From Candidatus Methanoperedenaceae archaeon (GTDB lineage: Archaea; Halobacteriota; Methanosarcinia; Methanosarcinales; Methanoperedenaceae): a DNA stretch of 64,000 nt. The notes under the pieces are model-generated. The model had not been told where the DNA came from. It did no database searches and was given only the letters and a program-made list of their open reading frames with translations. Shown in pieces: positions 1 to 9,324 of the stretch. A program made the position numbers and the translations under genes. The stretch lies in the NCBI GenBank assembly GCA_963753595.1, contig CAVWCX010000036.1, forward strand, positions 150,349 to 214,348, given 5' to 3'. The stretch's first letter is position 1, and each line of letters begins with the position of its first letter.

Positions 1-25
1 TCAGCTCCGCAGAGCGAAATCTGGC
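1..25. repeat. Dispersed bulged-hairpin element, copy A (cut by window edge)
   Basis: TC-A-GCTC-CGCA-GAGC-GAAATCTGGC; same pattern as copies at 2345, 27033, 30193, 35910 and 44242. Confidence 0.85.
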
Positions 26-58
26 GCCAGCCTGATGCTCTCACCGAGGCACTGCACG

Positions 59-97
59 AAGAGTGTAGAGAAAATATTTGATAATGTTGAGAAGTGC
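59..97 (+). pseudogene. Short tyrosine-recombinase remnant (KSVEKIFDNV)
   Basis: DNA nearly identical to the start of the longer integrase remnant at 2404. Confidence 0.5.
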
Positions 98-521
98 TAC
101 GATTTGTTTTAAATATGTTAAAATCCAATCGATAACGCATATGAAAAAAGTGGTAACAAAAGGTGAGACTATGGTTGGGGAAACGTTTGAAGGATCCTTG
201 TGGTTCAATTCAAGCAAAGATACCATGAGACATAAGTTGGAAGAATCTGATCAGAACTCTGGGGTTGGAATAAGTTTTGGAAAAAATTTGCATTTATTTT
301 CTTATAGCAAAGCGTATGTGGATTTGCTCTTTGACGATGATTCCAAAGGACAAGCCTTAGTGAAGAAAGATAGTTTGAAAAATTGTCCTCATTTAATTGA
401 AGAATGCATTGGAAATTGGGCACGTAAGAATGGCCTCTGGATATTGAAATTATCACAACGAAATGTACCTGTAAAATTAAAAGTAGTCCAAGACTATGAG
501 ATTTTTTATGTGTCAAAATAA
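78..521 (+). CDS. Hypothetical protein, probable cassette gene (true start likely 141 or 171)
   Basis: ORF track; stop is followed immediately by an attC-like site. Confidence 0.55.
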   Translation: MIMLRSATICFKYVKIQSITHMKKVVTKGETMVGETFEGSLWFNSSKDTMRHKLEESDQNSGVGISFGKNLHLFSYSKAYVDLLFDDDSKGQALVKKDSLKNCPHLIEECIGNWARKNGLWILKLSQRNVPVKLKVVQDYEIFYVSK

Positions 522-618
522 GTCATATCGACCAGTGAGTAAAGAACTCTTCGCTTATTTCGTTCGCTCGCCTAACTGCCGAATATACGTTCGGGCTGAT
601 ATTCAGCCGTTATATGAC
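522..618 (+). other. attC-like recombination site
   Basis: GTCATAT (522) ... GTTATATGAC (609-618) outer inverted repeat with internal hairpins; next ATG at 642. Confidence 0.55.
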
Positions 619-641
619 ATATTGCTGGAAGAGTTGCCTCG

Positions 642-1472
642 ATGAGAGTGCTATTTGTAACGGACTTGCATGGAAGCAAGTGGAAATATGAGCGGCTATT
701 CAAAGTAGCAAAAGACTTTCGGGCAAATGTGGTCATCAATGGTGGTGACATGCTTCCCAAGGAATGTGAACCATTCAATCAGGGTGATTTCATTACGAAC
801 TACCTTGACGATTATTTTGCACGATTCAACTCTGCCGGAATTTATTATCTGTGTTATCCGGGAAATGATGATCTCAGGATTTTCGATGAACTGTTCGAGG
901 AAATCTGCAATAAATATCCATTCATCGTCTACCTGGCACAACGTAAATTCGAAATAGAGGGTTACGATTTTGTAGGTATGAACTGGGTTGTTGATTATCC
1001 ATTCAGGCTCAAGGACAGATGCAGGATGGACACAGAGGACTATATTTTCCAGGAGCAATTCGGAACAGGACTGTTATCCAAACCTGATGGATGGCAGGAA
1101 ATTGATGACTGGTTTACCCATGCAAAAAAACTCCCAACGATAGAAGAGGAACTGGATCGTTTGGTTCGTCCCAGGGATATGGAAAATAGTGTGTATGTAA
1201 TACACATGCCTCCGTCCAGGCTGGGATTGGATAAATGTTATTACGGGGAAGAAGTAGGGTCAAAAGCGATTTACAACTTCTTGGAGAAATATCAGCCAAA
1301 GCTCTCTTTCCATGGTCATATACATGAATCTCCAGAAGTTACAGGAAAATGGAATGCAAAACTAGGCAGAACGATATGCATTCAACCCGGTCAACTTGAT
1401 GAGTTCACTTATGTCACAATTGACATGTCAACGATGAAGTTTGACAGGATCAAGGAGCAATACGTCACATAA
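642..1472 (+). CDS. Calcineurin-like metallophosphoesterase
   Basis: Motifs DLHG, GGD, GNDD, H, HGHIHE. Confidence 0.9.
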   Translation: MRVLFVTDLHGSKWKYERLFKVAKDFRANVVINGGDMLPKECEPFNQGDFITNYLDDYFARFNSAGIYYLCYPGNDDLRIFDELFEEICNKYPFIVYLAQRKFEIEGYDFVGMNWVVDYPFRLKDRCRMDTEDYIFQEQFGTGLLSKPDGWQEIDDWFTHAKKLPTIEEELDRLVRPRDMENSVYVIHMPPSRLGLDKCYYGEEVGSKAIYNFLEKYQPKLSFHGHIHESPEVTGKWNAKLGRTICIQPGQLDEFTYVTIDMSTMKFDRIKEQYVT

Positions 1473-1572
1473 CAGCATGTATGGAGTTTGCCTAGATCAC
1501 CATAATGCTCGGCTTTGACTCTCACTTCGCCTAACCCTGATTCCGTCTTACAGTGGCAAAGCCTTATTAGGT
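1464..1572 (+). other. attC-like site with degenerate right end
   Basis: GTCACATAAC overlaps the stop codon and is complementary (9/10) to GTTATATGAC at 609; inner TTTGCC/GGCAAA arms. Confidence 0.5.
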
Positions 1573-1594
1573 AAGAAAGTAAGAAAGTAATACC

Positions 1595-1858
1595 ATGGCA
1601 ACAGAAGTCGAGTTCACAAGAATGTCTACAAAAGGTCAAATAGTGATTCCTAAGAAACTCCGAGCAGGATTTGAAGACGGAACGCCATTTGCAGTAATCC
1701 GGGACAGAGATACGATTCTTCTCAAACAAATAAAACTTCCTGGTATTAAAGAATTTGAATTTCTTGCAGATAAAGGAGAAACGATAGCAAGAGAACGGGG
1801 GATAAAAGAAACAGACATTGATGATATCGTCCATAAACACCGCAAAGTACAGGATTAA
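1595..1858 (+). CDS. AbrB/MazE/SpoVT-family antitoxin
   Basis: MSTKGQIVIPKKLR signature; directly upstream of a PIN gene. Confidence 0.85.
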   Translation: MATEVEFTRMSTKGQIVIPKKLRAGFEDGTPFAVIRDRDTILLKQIKLPGIKEFEFLADKGETIARERGIKETDIDDIVHKHRKVQD

Positions 1859-1861
1859 AAT

Positions 1862-2272
1862 ATGGTAAAGGTAGTTGCTGATACCAATATTTACATTTCA
1901 GCTTTGTTCTGGCGCGGGAATCCATACAAGTTCATACATCTATGCTTTGAAGGAAAAGCCAAATTGGTTATCTCAAGGCAAATCATCGATGAACTCGAAA
2001 GGATACTTTTAACTGACGGGAAATTTGAAATGCCCCGAGAAGATGTGGCTTTATATTCAGAAATAATCTTAAGCCATGCTGAATTTGTCTCTCCTGCCTT
2101 CACTTTGAATGTCATTGTTAAGGATCCTGCAGATGACAGGATATTGGAGTGCGCTGTTGAAGGTGAGGTGGATTATCTGGTTTCAGGCAACAAACATCTT
2201 CTTGATGTTAAGGAATTCCGGGGGATAAAAATCGTGACTGCAAAGCAGATACTTGAAATCCTTGGAGTTTGA
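1862..2272 (+). CDS. PIN-domain (VapC-like) toxin
   Basis: VVADTNIYISA ... DPADDRILECA ... LVSGNKHLL. Confidence 0.9.
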   Translation: MVKVVADTNIYISALFWRGNPYKFIHLCFEGKAKLVISRQIIDELERILLTDGKFEMPREDVALYSEIILSHAEFVSPAFTLNVIVKDPADDRILECAVEGEVDYLVSGNKHLLDVKEFRGIKIVTAKQILEILGV

Positions 2273-2344
2273 TATAATAACTTCAGCTATGCACTTCCTG
2301 ACTCCGGAAAATCCAGCTTATATGGGATTCAATTGCACGAACCC

Positions 2345-2377
2345 GCCTGATTTCAGCACCGCATTGCGAAATCTGGC
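2345..2377. repeat. Dispersed bulged-hairpin element, copy B
   Basis: GCCTGATTTC-A-GCAC-CGCA-TTGC-GAAATCTGGC. Confidence 0.9.
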
Positions 2378-2403
2378 ACCTGATTATACCATTGGGGCAC
2401 CAT

Positions 2404-2623
2404 AGAAGTGTATAGAAAATATTTGATAATGCTGTGAGAAGTGATGGGGTAACAACAGACGTTTACATTCACAGTCTCATACATGGTTTTGCCACACATC
2501 TGTTAGAAAGTGGGGTGGATTTAAGGTTATACAGGAGCTATTGGAACCGTCAACAACAAAGATTTGAGTCGTATACAGACCACACTTGATCTAATCATGA
2601 AAAAGGAAGTAAGAAATGATTGA
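2404..2623 (+). pseudogene. Degenerate C-terminal part of an XerD/IntI-like tyrosine recombinase
   Basis: Manual translation RSV*KIFDNAVRSDGVTTDVYIHSLIHGFATHLLESGVDLR, frameshift, IQELL ... LDLIMKKEV; matches the HxLRHxFATHLLE..G.DLR.IQELLGH box. Confidence 0.8.
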
Positions 2624-2644
2624 GACTGTTCAGACAAATGATGT

Positions 2645-2724
2645 TATAGACGAACAAGAATTCGGATATTATGCTAGAATGGAAGGATATGCGAATTTGA
2701 GTTTGGATATGAAGAAGTTATGTG
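2645..2724 (+). other. attI-like site
   Basis: Two 25-bp imperfect palindromes in tandem (2645-2669, 2686-2710; ATATnCGAA-N7-TTYGGATAT) followed by GTTATGT at 2717, just after the integrase remnant. Confidence 0.45.
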
Positions 2725-2832
2725 AAATTAAAAAATCTACCTCAAGAAAGCAGGTTGTAAATATATGAGGTTATATGCTATAGCTATGCACGCTAAGCAC
2801 GGTATAATATATATTGGGGGTTTAGAGTAGTA

Positions 2833-3861
2833 ATGAAGAAAACGTCCACATTTGAAGAACGACTTTACGTCAAGTTGAGAGAGCAGATTAAAGGGAAAAA
2901 AGTTGGTTTCCTCCTTGGTGCAGGAGCCTCCTTTCTGAGCGGTAACGGGTATCCGCTTGCGAATGGGCTTTGGGAAGCAATCAGAACCCATATGCCGGAA
3001 GAAGAACAACGTTTAATCGACAATGAAATTATGCGAGATTCCACCACATTGGAACAAGCACTGGATAGGTTAGACGGGGGAAGAAACGAATATTCGACCC
3101 TCCGTCACTACATCACGAATGCGGTAGCCGCTTCGTTCATTAATCATACACCTCCTCTCGATTACCACAGAGAATTTGTTATCCGTCTGGGAACGCGGTC
3201 TGAGAAACGAATTCCCGTGTTTACACTGAATTACGACTCGCTTATTGAAATTGCTACTGACATAGAGAAACGGCCTCTTATAGACGGTTTCTTAGGTACG
3301 GTGGAGTGCTACTTCCAACCGTCTTGTTTTACAGATTATCGAGGAATATTAGAGTCACGACGAGGGCGGTCTGTTCCTGTACACACGAGTGGAATAATCA
3401 ACCTTTACAAGCTTCACGGATCTCTTGGCTGGTTTAAAGATACCGAATCCAGACTGAAACGCATTCGACCAGACATGCCATGCCCTCCAGGCTGCATCCA
3501 TCTTATGGTACCGCCTCAGAACCGCAAAGCTGCTGACACAGGAATAACACCCTACGCGACTATTTGGTCGGAGTTCCGTGCTCACCTCGCTAATGACTCC
3601 TCACGTCTGCTCAATAGGCTGGTATGCGTCGGTTATGGATTGGGTGATGGTCACGTTAATGCAGTTATTGAGTCTGCCTTAGCCCGTAATCATTTTACAC
3701 TTGTTGTTTTGGCGAAAGACCTTTGTGATGACACATTTAAACGTTGGCAGAAATCCCCAAAAACTATCATTGTCACCGAAGAACGATCTTCTCTCTATGG
3801 AGAGGAGGGGCCAGGTATGCATGATGCGTGGGCATTTGAGTGGCTAGCAAAGGAGGTATAA
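2833..3861 (+). CDS. SIR2-family NADase of a Sir2-HerA antiviral system
   Basis: GFLLGAGAS, FTLNYD, LYKLHGS, GYGLGDGHVN; translationally coupled to HerA. Confidence 0.9.
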   Translation: MKKTSTFEERLYVKLREQIKGKKVGFLLGAGASFLSGNGYPLANGLWEAIRTHMPEEEQRLIDNEIMRDSTTLEQALDRLDGGRNEYSTLRHYITNAVAASFINHTPPLDYHREFVIRLGTRSEKRIPVFTLNYDSLIEIATDIEKRPLIDGFLGTVECYFQPSCFTDYRGILESRRGRSVPVHTSGIINLYKLHGSLGWFKDTESRLKRIRPDMPCPPGCIHLMVPPQNRKAADTGITPYATIWSEFRAHLANDSSRLLNRLVCVGYGLGDGHVNAVIESALARNHFTLVVLAKDLCDDTFKRWQKSPKTIIVTEERSSLYGEEGPGMHDAWAFEWLAKEV

Positions 3862-5528
3862 TTATGTCGAATGGAAATTCGAGTTTGGTCGGTCATATAC
3901 TGGATGTACAAAGTTCGATGTTCACAGCAGACCTAATCCAAAAGGAGGAAGGTGTTTCACCTACTATCACACTTGGAGACGAGGATATCTCTGTAGGGCG
4001 ACTTGGGTCGTATATGAGAATCACACAAGGTGCTATCATCGTTATAGCGATGGTCAGCCGTATGACTGAGAAGGAAATTCTTTCTCCTTTCCCTTCCGAT
4101 GGCACGGACGTAGCACCAACAGCGGAGGCATTTGCACAGCGAACCATTCAATTGGTGCCAATTGGGTGCGTTGGCAGCGATGGTACTTTTGAACGGGGAA
4201 TATCAGTTTATCCGACGACTGGCGCAGAGGTGCATGCGATTGCGAGTTCCGAATTGGACAAGTTGTTCTTGAAGTTCCGGGACAAGCATTACGATGTGGG
4301 TGCCGTCTCATCTAATCCGACAACCCGAGTCTACCTTGACCCCTCGCCGCTGTTCGGGCGTCATTGCGCGATTCTGGGCCAGACTGGTTCAGGAAAGTCT
4401 TGGACGATAGCATCGCTCCTTCAGAAGGCAGTCTCACTAATGCCGCGAGCACATATTGTTCTTCTGGACTTACATGGGGAATATAAAAAAGCATTTGCCC
4501 CTGAGCACGCAAAGGTCATTGATGCAACGAAACTAGAGATGCCCTACTGGCTTATGACCTACTCAGAACTTACAGACCTACTCATCGACCGTACTGAACT
4601 GAGTGCACACAATCAAACGGCTTTTTTCCGCGATACCATCAACACATTAAAGCAAGAAGAAGGTGCCCGTCTTAAGTTGCCTCGAACAACAATTGATACA
4701 CCGGTGTTCTTTTCATTGGAAACCCTAAAGGAAAGGATAAAGTCAAAGAACGAAGAAATGGTACAGGGCGCCACAAAGCTTATAAAAGGTCCGATGCACG
4801 GTGACTTTGACCGTTTCCTAATGCGATTGGATAGCCGTCTCAATGATGTACGCTATGACTTCCTCCTGAAACCAACGCTTCGGAACAACTCAAGCTCTCT
4901 TGAATCTCTATTGAGGGACTTCATTGGCCTAGGGTCATCTAAGGTACCAATAACAATTATCGATCTTAGCCCAGTACCCTTCGATGTTCGTCCAACCATT
5001 ACTGCACAAATTGGACGACTAACTTTCGAATTCAACTTCTGGAATCCGAAGTACGAAGAGTTCCCGATACTACTCGTTTGTGAAGAGGCGCATGCATATG
5101 TCACGCGGGAGTCCAATTCCCAATTCGAAGGTGCACGGAAGTCGATGGAACGGATAGCCAAGGAAGGACGCAAATACGGCGTGGGCTTAGCAGTTGTCAG
5201 TCAGCGTCCACACGAAGTGTCAGAGACGGTTCTATCGCAATGCGGCACTTTTGTATGTTTAAGAATTACCAACCCGGATGACCAAGAATATATCCGGAAA
5301 CTGGTTCCCGAAGCTGAACGCGATTTGGTGAACATCCTGGCAGGAATGCGACGAGGGGAAGCGCTTGTCTTGGGAGAAGCTGTACCGATGCCTACACGCA
5401 TACAGATGGACATGCCCAGCCCGACTCCTCGGAGCAATGACATCGACTTTTATAAGTACTGGACCGAGGGACCGATAGATCTTGATGTTGCCACTATCGT
5501 TGACAGATGGAGGCGTCAAGCAAGGTAA
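3840..5528 (+). CDS. HerA/FtsK-family ATPase of Sir2-HerA (start probably 3864)
   Basis: HAS-barrel-like N-terminus, HCAILGQTGSGKS, EEAH, EGRKYG, SQRP. Confidence 0.9.
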   Translation: MASKGGIIMSNGNSSLVGHILDVQSSMFTADLIQKEEGVSPTITLGDEDISVGRLGSYMRITQGAIIVIAMVSRMTEKEILSPFPSDGTDVAPTAEAFAQRTIQLVPIGCVGSDGTFERGISVYPTTGAEVHAIASSELDKLFLKFRDKHYDVGAVSSNPTTRVYLDPSPLFGRHCAILGQTGSGKSWTIASLLQKAVSLMPRAHIVLLDLHGEYKKAFAPEHAKVIDATKLEMPYWLMTYSELTDLLIDRTELSAHNQTAFFRDTINTLKQEEGARLKLPRTTIDTPVFFSLETLKERIKSKNEEMVQGATKLIKGPMHGDFDRFLMRLDSRLNDVRYDFLLKPTLRNNSSSLESLLRDFIGLGSSKVPITIIDLSPVPFDVRPTITAQIGRLTFEFNFWNPKYEEFPILLVCEEAHAYVTRESNSQFEGARKSMERIAKEGRKYGVGLAVVSQRPHEVSETVLSQCGTFVCLRITNPDDQEYIRKLVPEAERDLVNILAGMRRGEALVLGEAVPMPTRIQMDMPSPTPRSNDIDFYKYWTEGPIDLDVATIVDRWRRQAR

Positions 5529-5558
5529 CCATTGATATATTTCAAGGCAATGAGGGGG

Positions 5559-5752
5559 GCTATGGCAAATAACAACGGAATTTACGGCAGGTTTTCGAAC
5601 TCTACGGAAGCCTTCAGCTTCCTTGTCCCGTTGCACTCTCACTCCGCTTTGCTTCGTTCGGGGCACATAACAGACGGTCATGCGCTTCCGGACCTTGCTG
5701 GTCCTTCGCCGAAATTGTTCGCTTCGCTCACAACTCCCATCAGCCGCTTTGA
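5559..5752 (+). other. attC-like structured region after Sir2-HerA
   Basis: GCTATGGCAAATAAC (5559-5573) is 13/15 complementary to GTTATATGCTATAGC (2770-2784); second box CACATAAC at 5664; GC-rich hairpins. Confidence 0.5.
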
Positions 5753-5903
5753 ATGATTACATCTAATGGGAACAGATAGATTCGTCAACGTCTCAGCAAT
5801 AGAATTGCGGAGCATGGAGGTTTTGTGTAAGAAGAAGAAAAAACTCCAGACTTTATACATAGACCTCCGACTTTATACACAGGAGGAACTATTTACACAA
5901 AGC

Positions 5904-6625
5904 CTATATGTCAGGAAAAATACGACTATAAGCAATCTCGATACTCGCTCTAATTTTCATCAAGGAAGTTTCTGTTTTAAAAGGATTCTGCTGGTCTGCC
6001 AACAGACTCCAAAAAGAATTTTCATGATTCCAGCTGCTTTTTAGGTCTTTGTTTTCATCTACGATTAAAACAAATATATCCAAGTGGAAGATGACACGCA
6101 TCTCGTAAAACTGAGATTAATCTAAAAGCCGGTTTTATGAATTCATTTATTTTTGTTTCACCAATGTCGCTGTCAAATATATGAACCAACGTAGCAATAT
6201 CTAAACCCCACTTTAAATATTCAACTAATTGTCCGATCCACGTATGATATTTTGTATTATTTAAGTTCGAAGCATAAAAATATTTCGCTTCAACTCCCGC
6301 AAAGATTCTCGTGGGGGATTCTTCACAAAAAGGGGGGAGGCATGCCTGATTAAGATATCCCACGTAAGGAAATATAATCGACTTCAAAGGCTTTGACATA
6401 GTTCCTAATTTCAGTCTCATTCAACCCTATAGGGTCTAAGTAACTTTTACAATATGGGATAATCTGTTTACATAGACCCACGTGTTTCAACCATTTGCCA
6501 TTTAACGAGGGTTCCAATCCCACGTTTAAAAAACCCGATTTAGCTAACCACTCAACTGCCTCTAGCTCGCCATTTGGAAAAACTTTTTTCCCTTCAATAT
6601 TATCTGATAGATTTTTCATAGACAT
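5904..6625 (-). pseudogene. Frameshifted gene in three overlapping ORFs, possibly HD-hydrolase-like
   Basis: ORFs 6350-6625, 6055-6420 and 5904-6101 overlap in different frames; C-terminal LLADQ..SL..R weakly resembles HD domains. Confidence 0.3.
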
Positions 6626-6763
6626 CGTATCTACTTTTTAGTAGCTAGCTTATATAGTTTCTCCGCGCAGAAATGCCCCGATTTAGAAATTAGAGCATTT
6701 TAAGAGCTCCTATAAATTTCAGTATTAGCAGAAACAAGTACAATTTTATTATATTTTATATTT

Positions 6764-6880
6764 TTGTCATGATCGCATTTTCTGCACCTTCCATGTTCTT
6801 CATCCCATAGTGCCTTCTCATGTTGCCGCTCGTGCGCTATGCGAAGGTTCGCACGGGTTGCCAGCAAGTGCAGGGAGCTA
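6764..6880 (-). pseudogene. Remnant homologous to the small Cys-rich gene at 25377-25589
   Basis: Translates LATRANLRIAHERQHEKALWDEEHGRCRKCDHD vs TATHANLRIAHESQQEKALCKEEYGSCRTCDYD. Confidence 0.8.
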
Positions 6881-7283
6881 GGAGACGAAGGCGAGGTATT
6901 ACAATAGGTGAGGTATGAGGAAGCCCAAGAATCTTTTGCAAAACATCATCCTGCCTTTTTAGAAATGTGGTAAAGGAGCATATTCATAGTTCCATGAACC
7001 TCCAATTTTAGAAGTCTTATTTGTACAAAAACTCAATGTGTTTCTTTTAAGAGTGCATACATCTGGCATACAAAATTGAATTCTATTATGGTCCAAAGTT
7101 TAAACATCGTGGGAGGATATCAAAATCATAAGTTTTTCATCTTTCTTGATAACCCCAATATATCATTAATGATAAAAGATCGAAAAATTCTCCAATTTCA
7201 TAAGATGCAGAACCTGTTTTATTGGATCATGAAAGCAGTTTACCCATTAAAATATAATCAAATAATTGCAATTCTCACTTTTG

Positions 7284-8093
7284 TCACATGGGTTCAAGTT
7301 TTTCTTTTTTCAATTTTTCCCATAAACCTGCAAACCACGTCTGAAAATAGCTTATCAAAGCTGGATCATCGATATAAAAAGCTTTGTATGTTTCAAGAGA
7401 ACCAGTTGGTAGAGAGGGGTGCAGCCATACTCTTAATGACTTCCCAGCTTTTGATATTACAACAGTAAATGGAATCAAAGATCTCTCACTACCGCCCCAC
7501 GATGCTATCCTAAAAAGGTTTTCACAGTCAATATTTATTCCGTCCTCTTTTAATTCATTCTCCTTCTTTTTTTTATACATCTCAAAGTGTCGTGCATCTA
7601 CACCGCTAACGATAAAACGACGAGTACATCCTTTTTTAATTGACTCTTTTATTGCTTCATCGAATGTTTCAATATCTCTCAAAGGATTAAAAGCGTGAAT
7701 AACCTGACTCTCATTGATAAGTTTAGACACATCTTCAAAAGTAATAATTCCTTTATCGCGGTAAATATGGTTGTCGAGTTTACGTAATGAATCTTCAAAT
7801 TTATTGTCGAGTTTATATAATGAATCTTCAAATTTATTAATTGATGTTTCAAATCTATTCCCAGATGCGTCAAATCTATTAATTGATGTATCAATTTCTC
7901 GGACATTGTTTTTAAGTATATCGATATTCAAAAAATATGTAAATAAATGCGAAAATACAATAACCATTGTTAAAAAAATTAATACAACAATTGTTTGAAA
8001 CCTTGTTAATTCAACAATATATGCTGCTGCAATTGCTCCTACAATTAGCAGAGCATTTGCAAGAATGTCTTTCACTATATTTATAATAACCAC
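7284..8093 (-). CDS. 2-TM protein with coiled-coil repeats and a C-terminal PLD/TrmB-like domain lacking HKD
   Basis: Two hydrophobic helices; tandem NKFEDSL..LD repeats (33-bp units from 7771); ends DDPALISYFQTWFAGLWE. Confidence 0.6.
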   Translation of the reverse strand: MVIINIVKDILANALLIVGAIAAAYIVELTRFQTIVVLIFLTMVIVFSHLFTYFLNIDILKNNVREIDTSINRFDASGNRFETSINKFEDSLYKLDNKFEDSLRKLDNHIYRDKGIITFEDVSKLINESQVIHAFNPLRDIETFDEAIKESIKKGCTRRFIVSGVDARHFEMYKKKKENELKEDGINIDCENLFRIASWGGSERSLIPFTVVISKAGKSLRVWLHPSLPTGSLETYKAFYIDDPALISYFQTWFAGLWEKLKKEKLEPM

Positions 8094-8278
8094 CTTTGAT
8101 TAAATTAATATATGGAATATTCTCTATTGACTAAGACTAAATAAACATATCTCAAAATTGTTTTGAATAAAAATCGATATCTTATAAATTAAATTATTTC
8201 AAAATCTCCATAGCATCAAACTGGTGGTCTCAAATAATAAGATAAAGCTAAATAATAAAAAGTGATTATCAAAATAAA

Positions 8279-9265
8279 ATGAAATCATTTTCGGAGTTAA
8301 AAGATTGTTCATTTGGTATTAAGCCAAAAGAAATTAAAGCTTTAGTGAAGATAGAAGGGGCAATTTTAAATTCAGCTCGAAATTATCTCTTTGAAGATGG
8401 TTTTACTGAAGTAATTGTTCCACATATAACTAAAGCAACTGGAGCATGCGAAAATCCTAACACTTTATTTGAAGTGATTTATTTTAATGAGAAATTAAAA
8501 CCATATCTTTCTCAAACTGGGCAATTATATTTAGAAATCGTTGTACCATTTTTGGAAAAAGTATGGTGTTATGGACCAAGTTTTCGGAAAGAAAATAAGG
8601 TTGATTATAGGCACTTAACTGAATTTACTTTATTGGAAATTGAGTTTTGTGGTAATTTTAACCAGTTGCTTTCTAAAATAGAGGGATTGATAAAAGCAAT
8701 GATAGAAGGGGCAATTCTTCAAAGAGAATATCTTGAAATATTAGGAGTTGATTATCAAAGGCTTAAGAATATTAAAACACCCTTTAGGAGAATAACGTAT
8801 GATGAAGCCATTGGCATACTAAATCTAGATTGGGGAGAAGATTTAAATAGTACAAATGAAAAATTTTTGATTGAAAAGTTCGGGAATAGCCCCCTTTTTA
8901 TCACATATTTTCCAGAACATATAAAATTTTTTAATATGAAAAGAAACTCGGATAATCCAAAAGTAGTTAATAGTGCTGATTTATTGCTTCCTTTTAGTGG
9001 AGAAGCCGTTGGGGCAGCTGAGAGAGAGATCCTATATGAAATAGTTGAAGAAAAACTCCAAAAATCATCAATGTTTAAACAATTGTTAGATGTGGGACGA
9101 AATATTAATGATTTTGATTGGTACTTAAATTCCATAAAAGAAAATAAGAACTGTCCTCATGCAGGTTGTGGAATTGGTGTGGAAAGAGTATTGCAGTTTA
9201 TATTAGCAAGGAGTGACATAAGGCAATCAACACTTTTTCCTTTAAATAAGATTAATCTATTTTAG
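8279..9265 (+). CDS. Catalytic-domain-only Asn/Asp-tRNA synthetase paralogue (archaeal asparagine synthetase A-like)
   Basis: Class IIb motifs GFTEVIVPHIT, YLSQTGQLYLE, FRKE..RHLTEF, HAGCGIGVERVL; no anticodon-binding OB domain (328 aa). Confidence 0.85.
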   Translation: MKSFSELKDCSFGIKPKEIKALVKIEGAILNSARNYLFEDGFTEVIVPHITKATGACENPNTLFEVIYFNEKLKPYLSQTGQLYLEIVVPFLEKVWCYGPSFRKENKVDYRHLTEFTLLEIEFCGNFNQLLSKIEGLIKAMIEGAILQREYLEILGVDYQRLKNIKTPFRRITYDEAIGILNLDWGEDLNSTNEKFLIEKFGNSPLFITYFPEHIKFFNMKRNSDNPKVVNSADLLLPFSGEAVGAAEREILYEIVEEKLQKSSMFKQLLDVGRNINDFDWYLNSIKENKNCPHAGCGIGVERVLQFILARSDIRQSTLFPLNKINLF

Positions 9266-9324
9266 ATAAATATAGTGGAATGTTCTTATGAGTTTGAATT
9301 AAACCAATTTAATCAGCTATTTTT

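Noticed and set aside
5532-5756. 74-aa ORF after HerA
   Set aside because: Overlaps the attC-like palindromic region and has no protein-like features; likely spurious.
6764-6880. Repeat pair 6764/25465 as DGR template and variable repeats
   Set aside because: Mismatches involve all bases and look like codon-level divergence, not adenine-specific mutagenesis.
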